From: an uncultured Flavobacteriales bacterium
GTDB lineage: Bacteria > Bacteroidota > Bacteroidia > Flavobacteriales > UBA7312
Direction: 5' to 3'
Assembly: GCA_913048435.1 (NCBI GenBank)
Contig: CAJWWC010000001.1
Span: forward strand, 25,281 to 89,280
Length of the DNA stretch: 64,000 bases
Shown here one piece after another: positions 1-7,918 of the stretch. The notes below the pieces were generated by a model. It saw only the letters and a list, made by a program, of their open reading frames with translations. It was not told the origin of the DNA and searched no databases. The position numbers and the translations under genes are program-made. The stretch's first letter is position 1. Each line of letters starts with the position of its first letter.

Positions 1-1201
1 CATCAGGAATTTTAGCAATCGATTGCATAATTTCACTGATAAGATTTACTTTTTTGATTGGATCATTTTTACTTTTTTCGTCCAGTAAGTTAATTTTGAA
101 CTCTACGAAATCTTGAACTTGCTCATTGATGTATTGAGTTAATCCTTCTGGTCCATATTTTTTGGTATAGCTGTCGGGGTCTTCGCCTTCAGGTAAAAGT
201 GCTACTTTGACGTTCATATTTTCGGTATGTATTAGGTCAATGGCTTTTGTCGCTGCATTAATTCCTGCATAATCAGAATCGAATAGAAGTATAATGTTTT
301 TGGTGTATCGACTAATCATTTTTATTTGCTCTGAGCCAATAGCAGTACCAGATGATGCTACCACATTTTCAACGCCTGATTGATACATGGATATAACATC
401 TGTGTAGCCTTCAACGATTAAGCAACTGTCATTTTTTACTATGGCAGACTTGGAAAAGTACATACCATACAAGACTTTTGCTTTGTGATAAATTTCACTT
501 TCTGGAGAGTTGAGGTATTTTGCTTTTTCGTCTTTTTTTAAGGCTCGTCCACCAAATCCGAGTATTCTACCAGAAATGCTATGAATAGGAAAAATAACTC
601 GCCCCTTGAACCTATCAAAAGTCTTGTCTTCTTTGAAAATACTAAGCCCTGTCTTTTCTAAAAATTCTTGCTTATGGGATGATTCTAAAGCAGACTTTGT
701 AAAAGCGTCCCAACTGTCAGGGTTGTAACCCAACTGGAATTTATTTATAATTTCTTCCGAAAGACCTCTTTCTTTGAAGTAGCTTAAGCCTACAGCTTTA
801 CCTTCTACGGTTTTGTGTAAGCTATTTCGAAAGTAATCATTGGCGAATGAATTTACAATAAATAAACTTTCTCTAAGATTATATTTTTCTATCTGCTCAG
901 GTGTTTGCTCCTCTTTCGGAACTTCAATATTGTATTTTTTGGCGATATATTTGAGAGCTTCGGGATATGATAGTTGATCAATTTCCATAACGAAGTTCAC
1001 GGCATGACCACCTTTACCACAACCGAAACACTTATAAATGTTTTTTGTAGGAGAAACGGTAAAAGAAGGAGTTTTTTCGTCGTGAAAGGGGCAATTACCG
1101 ATCATATTTGCACCTCTTTTTTTGAGGTTAACAAAGTCTCTTACAACCTCTTCTATTCGGGCTGTTTCAAAAATGGTATCTATGGTTTCCTTCGGAATCA
1201 T
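1..1201 (-). CDS. dnaG: DNA primase DnaG, N-terminal ~400 aa (gene continues beyond window start)
   Basis: Own translation of the minus strand from ATG at 1201: MIPKETIDTIFETARIEEVVRDFVNLKKRGANMIGNCPFHDEKTPSFTVSP...CFGCGKGGH (CHC2 zinc finger), then TOPRIM motifs EGYTDV and LFDSDYAG. It is absent from the ORF track because it is open at the window edge. The start overlaps the ispB stop as ATGA. Confidence 0.9.
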   Translation of the reverse strand, partial: MIPKETIDTIFETARIEEVVRDFVNLKKRGANMIGNCPFHDEKTPSFTVSPTKNIYKCFGCGKGGHAVNFVMEIDQLSYPEALKYIAKKYNIEVPKEEQTPEQIEKYNLRESLFIVNSFANDYFRNSLHKTVEGKAVGLSYFKERGLSEEIINKFQLGYNPDSWDAFTKSALESSHKQEFLEKTGLSIFKEDKTFDRFKGRVIFPIHSISGRILGFGGRALKKDEKAKYLNSPESEIYHKAKVLYGMYFSKSAIVKNDSCLIVEGYTDVISMYQSGVENVVASSGTAIGSEQIKMISRYTKNIILLFDSDYAGINAATKAIDLIHTENMNVKVALLPEGEDPDSYTKKYGPEGLTQYINEQVQDFVEFKINLLDEKSKNDPIKKVNLISEIMQSIAKIPD

Positions 1202-2172
1202 TTTTTTCTTTCGATAACGAAATTTACTAAAAGTTCTAAAGACTTTCGGCTTTCATTATCATCAAAAGTTTTCAACAAACTCAAGGCTTCTTTTTGGTAG
1301 GCTTTCATTTTTTCAACCGTGTAGTTTATTCCACCACTTTTTTTAACTATTTCTAATACCTTAGAAACTCGATCACTATTGGTATTGTGATTTTTTACAG
1401 TTTGAATAATGAATTTCTTTTGTTTTCTATCGCAATTTCTTAAGGTGTAAATAAGAGGTAAGGTCATCTTTTGCTCTTTGATATCAATACCTGTAGGTTT
1501 GCCAATAACATCATCGTTGTAGTAATCGAATAGGTCATCTTTCATTTGAAAAGCTATACCTATCAGTTCACCAAATTTTCGCATTCTCTCGACAATTACT
1601 TGGTCTTGTTTGGCAGTGACAGCACCACAAGCACAACAAGCCGCAATAAGTGTTGCTGTTTTTTGTCTTATAATTTCAAAATATACGTCTTCTTCGACAT
1701 CAAGTTTACGGGCTTTTTCTATTTGTAAAAGCTCTCCTTCACTCATTTCTTTGACCGCTTTAGAAACAATTTGAAGTAAATCATATTCTTCATTTTCTAA
1801 AGACATTAGTAGTCCTTTTGATAAAAGGTAATCTCCAACAAGTACTGCAATTTTATTTTTCCAAAGGGCGTTAATAGAGAAAAAACCCCTTCGCATATTC
1901 GCATCATCAATAACGTCGTCGTGTACTAATGTGGCTGTATGCAAAAGTTCAATGAGTGAGGCTGCTCTGAAACTACTTTCGTTGATTTCACCAAAAAGTT
2001 TTCCACTAAGAAAAACAAACATAGGACGCATCTGTTTACCCTTTCTTTTTACGATATAGTGCAATATTTTATCTAAAAGAGAAACCTTACTAATTAAGGA
2101 GTCTTTAAACTTCTTTTCAAACAAGAGCATCTCTTGTTGAATAGGTTTTTTAATCGCTTTTATGGTGTTCAT
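1198..2172 (-). CDS. ispB: Long-chain all-trans polyprenyl diphosphate synthase (octaprenyl/IspB-like)
   Basis: 324 aa with two Asp-rich motifs, LVHDDVIDD and FQMKDDLFD. Small residues (A,T) at -5/-4 before the first motif fit a long-chain product. Confidence 0.85.
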   Translation of the reverse strand: MNTIKAIKKPIQQEMLLFEKKFKDSLISKVSLLDKILHYIVKRKGKQMRPMFVFLSGKLFGEINESSFRAASLIELLHTATLVHDDVIDDANMRRGFFSINALWKNKIAVLVGDYLLSKGLLMSLENEEYDLLQIVSKAVKEMSEGELLQIEKARKLDVEEDVYFEIIRQKTATLIAACCACGAVTAKQDQVIVERMRKFGELIGIAFQMKDDLFDYYNDDVIGKPTGIDIKEQKMTLPLIYTLRNCDRKQKKFIIQTVKNHNTNSDRVSKVLEIVKKSGGINYTVEKMKAYQKEALSLLKTFDDNESRKSLELLVNFVIERKK

Positions 2173-2193
2173 CTGCAGTATTTAGAAGGGGTA

Positions 2194-2201
2194 CAAAGAT
2201 A
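2194..2201 (-). promoter_or_regulatory. Putative -7 promoter box TATCTTTG for ispB, 21 nt upstream of its ATG, directly after the rlmN stop
   Basis: The reverse complement of caaagata equals TATCTTTG and matches the Bacteroidota TAnnTTTG consensus. The extended 11-mer TATCTTTGTAC is identical to the arms of the 3248-3288 palindrome. Confidence 0.5.
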
Positions 2202-3251
2202 CTAGGATTTTACGAGTTTATTGGCAAGTTGACCACAAGCAGCGTCAATGTCTTCACCTCTACTTCTTCTGATATTTACAATAAGGTTTTTGATTTCAAG
2301 ATAGTTAACAAAAGCATCTACTTTTTCTTTTTTAGCTTGTTGGAATTCGCCATCGTCGATAGGGTTATATTCAATAATATTGATTTTACAGGGTGTAATT
2401 TTCGCAAAGCTAGCTAGCTCTTGAGCATCGCTAATTTCATCATTGAAGTCCTTAAAAATGATGTATTCGTAGGTTACTCTTATTTGAGTTTTTTCATAAA
2501 AATAGACAATGGCTTCTTTTAATGCTTCTAAGCAGTTTTGTTCATTAATAGGCATTATGTAGTTTCGCTTTTTATCATTTGCAGCGTGCAAGGAGAGTGC
2601 CAGATTAAATTTGATTTCATCATCGCCTAGCTTTTTTATCAGCTTTGCGATCCCAGCAGTAGAAACTGTAATACGTTTTGGCGACATACCAAGTCCGTTT
2701 TTAGAGGTAATTTTATCTATAGATTCTAGAACATTTCTATAGTTTAACAGAGGTTCGCCCATACCCATGTAAACAATATTGCTCAGCTTTTGATTGTAAT
2801 TGTTTAGCGCTTGTTCGTTTAGCATAAATACTTGATCGTAAATTTCATCAGCATTTAAATTTCTCAGTCTGTCTAATTTACCTGTAGCACAAAATTTACA
2901 TGTTAAACTACAGCCTATTTGAGAAGATATACAAGCTGTTATTCTCCTTTTGGTAGGGATTAGTACTCCTTCAACTTTATTATTGTCATAAAGGCCAAAA
3001 GCAGATTTTATGGTGCGGTCAGCACTTTTTTGTGATTCTATAATTTTGGCGTGTAGAATTACAAAGTGCTCATCTAACAGTTGAATTGTTTCTCTAGAAA
3101 TATTTCGCATTTCTTCAAAGGAAGACACCGACTTTTTCCATAGCCATTCATATACTTGTTTGGCTCGAAAAGTGGGTATATCATTTTCTTTGAAAAAGTC
3201 CTTAAGTTCGTCTAAGTTAAGTTTGCGAATATTTTTTTTATCTAAATGCAT
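2202..3251 (-). CDS. rlmN: 23S rRNA (adenine2503-C2)-methyltransferase, radical SAM
   Basis: 349 aa with radical-SAM cluster motif CSLTCKFCATG, C-terminal DIDAACGQL, and typical N-terminal FRAKQVYEWLW. Confidence 0.9.
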   Translation of the reverse strand: MHLDKKNIRKLNLDELKDFFKENDIPTFRAKQVYEWLWKKSVSSFEEMRNISRETIQLLDEHFVILHAKIIESQKSADRTIKSAFGLYDNNKVEGVLIPTKRRITACISSQIGCSLTCKFCATGKLDRLRNLNADEIYDQVFMLNEQALNNYNQKLSNIVYMGMGEPLLNYRNVLESIDKITSKNGLGMSPKRITVSTAGIAKLIKKLGDDEIKFNLALSLHAANDKKRNYIMPINEQNCLEALKEAIVYFYEKTQIRVTYEYIIFKDFNDEISDAQELASFAKITPCKINIIEYNPIDDGEFQQAKKEKVDAFVNYLEIKNLIVNIRRSRGEDIDAACGQLANKLVKS

Positions 3252-3288
3252 AGAGCGTACAAAGATAGTATCTTTGTACGCTCTATGC
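3248..3288. repeat. Perfect 41-bp palindrome (20-nt arms, 1-nt centre) containing two mirrored TATCTTTG boxes and both divergent start codons
   Basis: The arm at 3248-3267 is gcatagagcgtacaaagata, the centre at 3268 is g, and the arm at 3269-3288 is tatctttgtacgctctatgc. The two arms are exact reverse complements, verified base by base. Confidence 0.95.
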
Positions 3289-4418
3289 GCTACTTAACAT
3301 CAGATATCATTTTTACGGCTTTTTCTAGTCCCATTTATGATGGTGTTTTGGTTGTTGATGATGATGGAAGAATTGAAGATTTACTAAATAATAAGCGACA
3401 GATAGATAATGCCAATTTAGAATATTTTAGAGGTGCACTTTGCCCCGGATTTATTAACACTCATTGTCATTTAGAGTTGTCACATTTGCAGGGAGAGTTA
3501 GCTTCAAAAACAGGATTAGCTCATTTTATTAATTCAATTGGTCAAATTAGAAAGGCTAGTCAGCGACGAAAAAACCATGCCTTTAAGTTAGCAGACAGAC
3601 AGATGTATAACAATGGCATTGTGGCTGTTGCAGACATTAGTAATACAGCAGATTCTTTTTCTGTAAAAGCTAATAGTGCCATATACTATTATACCTTCAT
3701 CGAATTATTTGCCTCTAACCCCCAAAAAGCTGAAGAAGTATTTGAACGAGGACTGCAATTAAGCCAAGAATGTAGCACACCCAATTCTTTAACACCTCAT
3801 GCTAACTATTCCGTTTCTTTACCGCTTTTCGAAAAGATTAGATATCACAATAGGGGAGAAATTATCAGTATACACAGTCAAGAAACGCCTGATGAAGACA
3901 CTATGTTTTTGACAGGCAGTGGTCAATTATTGTCACAACTTATTGCCAAAGAATTTTTCAAGTATACAGGCAAGACAGCACTTCAAAGCACCCTTCCTTT
4001 ATTGCCAGAATCTCCTATTTTATTAGTCCATAATACCTTTACCAAAGAAGAAGACATGTCAGAAGCCATATCCAATTTTGATAGCCTTTATTGGTGCACT
4101 TGTCCCAAAGCCAATTTATATATAGAAAATCAATTGCCTAACTATCAGCAGTTTGTTGATGCTCAAGCCAAAATGACGATTGGAACAGATAGTTTAGCTT
4201 CTAACGATACGTTATCTATTTTGGAAGAAATGAAAACGATACAAACTCATGTTTCTTTGGAGCTATTGATGGAATGGGCTTGTAAAAACGGGGCTGAATT
4301 TCTTGGAATTGATGCTTTAGGAACTTTTCAAAAAGGTAAAATGCCTGGCATCAATTACATCAATCATATCGTAGATAGTAAGTTAACAGCAGATAGTCAA
4401 GTCAAAAAGTTATTCTAA
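3285..4418 (+). CDS. Amidohydrolase-superfamily protein (metal-dependent deaminase/chlorohydrolase-like, substrate unknown)
   Basis: Motifs GFINTHCHLELSH (metal-binding HxH), SIHSQE, and IGTDSLASND. The ATG at 3285 is preferred over the track start 3246, because 3246 would translate the palindrome and overlap the rlmN start. Confidence 0.7.
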   Translation: MRYLTSDIIFTAFSSPIYDGVLVVDDDGRIEDLLNNKRQIDNANLEYFRGALCPGFINTHCHLELSHLQGELASKTGLAHFINSIGQIRKASQRRKNHAFKLADRQMYNNGIVAVADISNTADSFSVKANSAIYYYTFIELFASNPQKAEEVFERGLQLSQECSTPNSLTPHANYSVSLPLFEKIRYHNRGEIISIHSQETPDEDTMFLTGSGQLLSQLIAKEFFKYTGKTALQSTLPLLPESPILLVHNTFTKEEDMSEAISNFDSLYWCTCPKANLYIENQLPNYQQFVDAQAKMTIGTDSLASNDTLSILEEMKTIQTHVSLELLMEWACKNGAEFLGIDALGTFQKGKMPGINYINHIVDSKLTADSQVKKLF

Positions 4419-5084
4419 CATTAAATTGATGTAAACTTGAGCTTTCTTTAAGTCTTCTGGTGTTGTGATTTTAATATTTTCTTTATTCCCTTGAACGAGT
4501 TGTATCTCTATTCCCATAGATTCCACAACTGCAGCGTCATCAGTAAATTTAGGCGAATAGTCTTTTTGATAGGCTTTTAATAATACTTCACTTCTAAAAC
4601 ATTGAGGTGTTTGAACAATAAGGTAATCGTCTCTATTAACAACAACACTGCCACTATTGGTCTTTTGTCTCAAGCTTTCTTCAATTTCTAAGACTGGAAT
4701 AGCAGTCCCTTTCTTTTTAGCCGTATTTATACATTCATTAACCACACTATTTTTAACGAAAGGACGAACGCCGTCGTGTACGGCAATAACAGATTGCTCA
4801 TTGACTTTTTTCAAAGCATTACCAACCGATTCAAAACGTGTGTTACCACCCTCGATAATATGATGATTTACTTTAAATTGGTGTTTTTTACAAAGTTTTT
4901 TCCAATTATGTAACTCAGATTTTGGTAATGCTAAAATGATTTCAGAATGGTCTAAACTTTGGTGCATTTTTTCAATGGTATGCATCAAAATTGGCTTTGA
5001 GTTGAGGTTTAAAAATTGCTTTGGAATAGTAGAACCCATACGACTTCCTCTGCCACCAGCAACTATAATAATATATTTTTTCAC
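4410..5084 (-). CDS. ispD: 2-C-methyl-D-erythritol 4-phosphate cytidylyltransferase
   Basis: 224 aa with N-terminal IIVAGGRGSRMG, then VHDGVRPF and QTPQCF motifs. Confidence 0.9.
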   Translation of the reverse strand: MKKYIIIVAGGRGSRMGSTIPKQFLNLNSKPILMHTIEKMHQSLDHSEIILALPKSELHNWKKLCKKHQFKVNHHIIEGGNTRFESVGNALKKVNEQSVIAVHDGVRPFVKNSVVNECINTAKKKGTAIPVLEIEESLRQKTNSGSVVVNRDDYLIVQTPQCFRSEVLLKAYQKDYSPKFTDDAAVVESMGIEIQLVQGNKENIKITTPEDLKKAQVYINLMLE

Positions 5085-5086
5085 TG

Positions 5087-6145
5087 CTACAATATCAGCA
5101 TTGCATCACCATAAGTAAAGAAATTATATTTTTCTTTTATGGCTTCTTCATATGCATTCATTATTATTTCATGACCACCAAAAGCACTTACCATCATCAG
5201 CAGTGTAGATTTTGGAGTGTGAAAGTTGGTAATCATACTATTTGCAATACTGAAATCATATGGAGGATAAATAAATTTGTTAGTCCATCCATTGAAAGGA
5301 GTCATTAAACCTTGTGTAGTTACAGATGTTTCAATTGCTCTCATAGAAGTTGTCCCAACAGCACAAATTCTTCTTTTTTCTTTTATACCTGTATTTATAA
5401 TATTAGTTGTTTCTTTACTAATTATCACTTGTTCAGAATCCATTTTATGTTTACTTAAATCTTCTACTTCTACAGGTCTAAAAGTTCCAAGTCCGATGTG
5501 TAAAGTAAGGTTGGCAAATTCTAAGCCTTTTATTTCTAGGCGCTTTAAAAGTTCACGGCTGAAGTGTAAACCTGCAGTAGGTGCTGCAACTGCTCCCTCT
5601 GACTTTGCATATACGGTTTGGTAGCGCTTTTCATCTTCAGCATCAGGCTCTCTTTTGATATATTTCGGCAATGGTGTTTCGCCAAGTTCTTTTAGTTTTT
5701 CTCTAAACTCATCATAACTTCCATCATAAAGAAAACGCAAGGTTCTTCCCCTTGATGTTGTGTTGTCAATTACCTCAGCAACTAAGGAATCATCTTCGCC
5801 AAAATATAATTTATTACCTATTCTAATTTTACGAGCGGGATCTACTAGAACATCCCACAACAAATTTTCTTTATTAAGTTCTCGAAGTAAAAAGACCTCT
5901 ATCCTAGCTCCAGTTTTTTCCTTGTTACCATACATTCTAGCAGGAAAAACTTTTGTGTCATTGAAAATCATGACATCGCCTTCGTTGAAATATTCTAACA
6001 GATTTTTGAATTGTTTATGTTCAATCTTTCCTGTTTTTTTATTTACTACCATTAATCTTGATTCATCACGATTATAAGCAGGTCTTTCTGCTAAAAGTTC
6101 ATTTGGTAATTCAAAGTTAAATTGCGATAGCTTTCTTTTTATCAT
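5087..6145 (-). CDS. queA: S-adenosylmethionine:tRNA ribosyltransferase-isomerase
   Basis: 352 aa with [24 protein letters not shown], and GTTSMRAIE. Confidence 0.9.
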   Translation of the reverse strand: MIKRKLSQFNFELPNELLAERPAYNRDESRLMVVNKKTGKIEHKQFKNLLEYFNEGDVMIFNDTKVFPARMYGNKEKTGARIEVFLLRELNKENLLWDVLVDPARKIRIGNKLYFGEDDSLVAEVIDNTTSRGRTLRFLYDGSYDEFREKLKELGETPLPKYIKREPDAEDEKRYQTVYAKSEGAVAAPTAGLHFSRELLKRLEIKGLEFANLTLHIGLGTFRPVEVEDLSKHKMDSEQVIISKETTNIINTGIKEKRRICAVGTTSMRAIETSVTTQGLMTPFNGWTNKFIYPPYDFSIANSMITNFHTPKSTLLMMVSAFGGHEIIMNAYEEAIKEKYNFFTYGDAMLIL

Positions 6146-6174
6146 GTTATTGATATTTTAAATAAAAAAGTTCG

Positions 6175-6182
6175 CAAATATA
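6175..6182 (-). promoter_or_regulatory. Putative -7 box TATATTTG for queA (29-nt spacer to ATG)
   Basis: The reverse complement of caaatata abuts the truB stop codon. Confidence 0.35.
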
Positions 6183-6896
6183 CTAAATTAATATTCTACC
6201 GTCTGATTCTATTGAATTTGAAAAAGAATCTATAAAATCTTGAATATCAGTAGCTTGAGCCAATTCAAAATTTCCTATTCGAGTTCTTGTTAATTTACTT
6301 AAATATGCGCCGCTTTTTAAGTTTTTACCAAATGTATGTGCTAATGACCGGATGTAAGTTCCCTTGCTACAAACAATTTTCACACAAACCTTTGGCATCT
6401 CAACCTTAATAATTTCAAATTTTGAAATATAAACCATTCTTTTTTTGATTTTAACATTTTCTCCTGTCCTTGCATATTCATAAAGACGTTTTCCATCTTG
6501 TTTTATAGCTGAAAAAATAGGAGGTGATTGTAATAAATTACCTGTCATTGATCTTACATTATTTTGTAGCATTTTTAGATTAATGTGATTATAGTTAAAA
6601 GTGTCATTGATTTTGGTTTCTAAATCATACGAGGGAGTTGTTGCACCTAATGTAAATTCGGCTATATATTCTTTTTCTTGAGCTTGAAATTCATTAACGC
6701 GTTTGGTGAATTTTCCAGTACAAACTATGAGAAGTCCATCGGCTAAAGGGTCAAGTGTACCAGCATGACCTACTTTTATCTTTTTAACTTTTAAAGCCGA
6801 ACGTAGTGTATTGCGTATTTTTTTTACTACATCAAAAGAAGTCCATCGTAACGGCTTATTGATAAGTAAAGTGTGACCTTGTATGTAATCAATCAT
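6183..6896 (-). CDS. truB: tRNA pseudouridine(55) synthase
   Basis: 237 aa with catalytic-Asp motif GHAGTLDPLADGLL. Confidence 0.9.
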   Translation of the reverse strand: MIDYIQGHTLLINKPLRWTSFDVVKKIRNTLRSALKVKKIKVGHAGTLDPLADGLLIVCTGKFTKRVNEFQAQEKEYIAEFTLGATTPSYDLETKINDTFNYNHINLKMLQNNVRSMTGNLLQSPPIFSAIKQDGKRLYEYARTGENVKIKKRMVYISKFEIIKVEMPKVCVKIVCSKGTYIRSLAHTFGKNLKSGAYLSKLTRTRIGNFELAQATDIQDFIDSFSNSIESDGRILI

Positions 6897-7700
6897 TTAA
6901 AGTATAGTGAAAATAATAGCCAAAATTCCTATGGTAAAACAGTAGTAAGAAAAATACTTAAGCTTACTTTTTTTGACTAGTGATATCATCCATTTACAAG
7001 CGATTAGACCAGTAATAAACGCGGCTACGAATCCAGCTATTAAAGGAATTAGAGCAGCACTTTCGGATACCATATCTCCATTTAAAATGTCTTTTGCCAT
7101 CTTACCAAAGATTAGAGGAACAACCATTAAAAAAGAAAATCGTGCCGCCTTTTCTCTATCAACACCAAAAATAACAGATGTAGAAATAGTAGCTCCCGAC
7201 CTTGAAATACCAGGTAGAATAGCAATAGCTTGAGCTATACCAATAATCAATGATTGTCCGAAGCTAACAGATTGAGCTGTATTCTTAGTTTTGTCAGCAA
7301 CAAAAAGAAGTAAACCAGTAACGATTAGCATACTGCCAACCAATAAAATTTTACCACTAAAAAGAGCATCTATTTGAGCATTAAAAAGTACTCCAGCTAG
7401 CGCTGCAGGAATCATTGAAATTATGATTTTTAATGAAAATTGAAATTCTTCGTTCCATTTAAATTGCAATAATCCTTTTATAATAAAAATGACTTCACTT
7501 CTAAAAATAAAGATTGTACTTAACGCTGTAGCTCCATGCAGCACAACAGTCATCAAAATATTTTCTTCAGGTAATCCCTTGCTTCCGAAGTGTTCTAGTA
7601 TAAATCTCGTAATTTCTAAATGACCACTGCTACTAACAGGTAAAAATTCGGTAAGTCCTTGAACAATTCCTAGTAGGATAGCTGCCAAAACACTACTCAT
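6897..7700 (-). CDS. uppP: Undecaprenyl-diphosphate phosphatase (BacA/UppP)
   Basis: 267 aa polytopic membrane protein with LTEFLPVSSSGHL and PGISRSGATI motifs. Confidence 0.9.
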   Translation of the reverse strand: MSSVLAAILLGIVQGLTEFLPVSSSGHLEITRFILEHFGSKGLPEENILMTVVLHGATALSTIFIFRSEVIFIIKGLLQFKWNEEFQFSLKIIISMIPAALAGVLFNAQIDALFSGKILLVGSMLIVTGLLLFVADKTKNTAQSVSFGQSLIIGIAQAIAILPGISRSGATISTSVIFGVDREKAARFSFLMVVPLIFGKMAKDILNGDMVSESAALIPLIAGFVAAFITGLIACKWMISLVKKSKLKYFSYYCFTIGILAIIFTIL

Positions 7701-7914
7701 CTTTATCCTTATGTAAAATAGCGAAGACTTCGATTACTAGTCCAACTATAAGAAATATTACAGACAGTGTCATCCTTCTAAAACTGAAGATAGCATCGCT
7801 AAAAATATTAGGGTCTTCGGACTTCCCCCCTGACATCAATATATAACCTGTTGTAATAAATATTAACCCTAGTACCATGAGTTGGTAATTTCTTTTTCCA
7901 AAATTGAATTCCAT
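7693..7914 (-). CDS. Small two-TM membrane protein (DUF3098-like)
   Basis: FNFGKRNYQLMVLGLIFITTGYILM resembles the conserved N-terminus of this small Bacteroidota family. The start at the second Met (7914) leaves a 4-nt gap after the ftsX stop, whereas the track start 7941 would overlap ftsX by 23 nt. The 3' end overlaps the uppP start by 8 nt. Confidence 0.55.
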   Translation of the reverse strand: MEFNFGKRNYQLMVLGLIFITTGYILMSGGKSEDPNIFSDAIFSFRRMTLSVIFLIVGLVIEVFAILHKDKDE

Positions 7915-7918
7915 AATT

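Noticed and set aside
3246-3284. ORF-track N-terminal extensions: 3246 (amidohydrolase), 8851 (leuS), 11676 (TDO), 25166 (PNGase-like), 30863 (dusB), 34007 (exbB), 41051 (gdhA), 47134 (frr) and 61454 (gamma-CA-like).
   Set aside because: - The extensions use TTG or upstream ATG codons.
- They would overlap divergent neighbours or run through promoter boxes.
- They add residues that do not match the usual N-termini of these families.
- Downstream starts give canonical N-termini or signal peptides.
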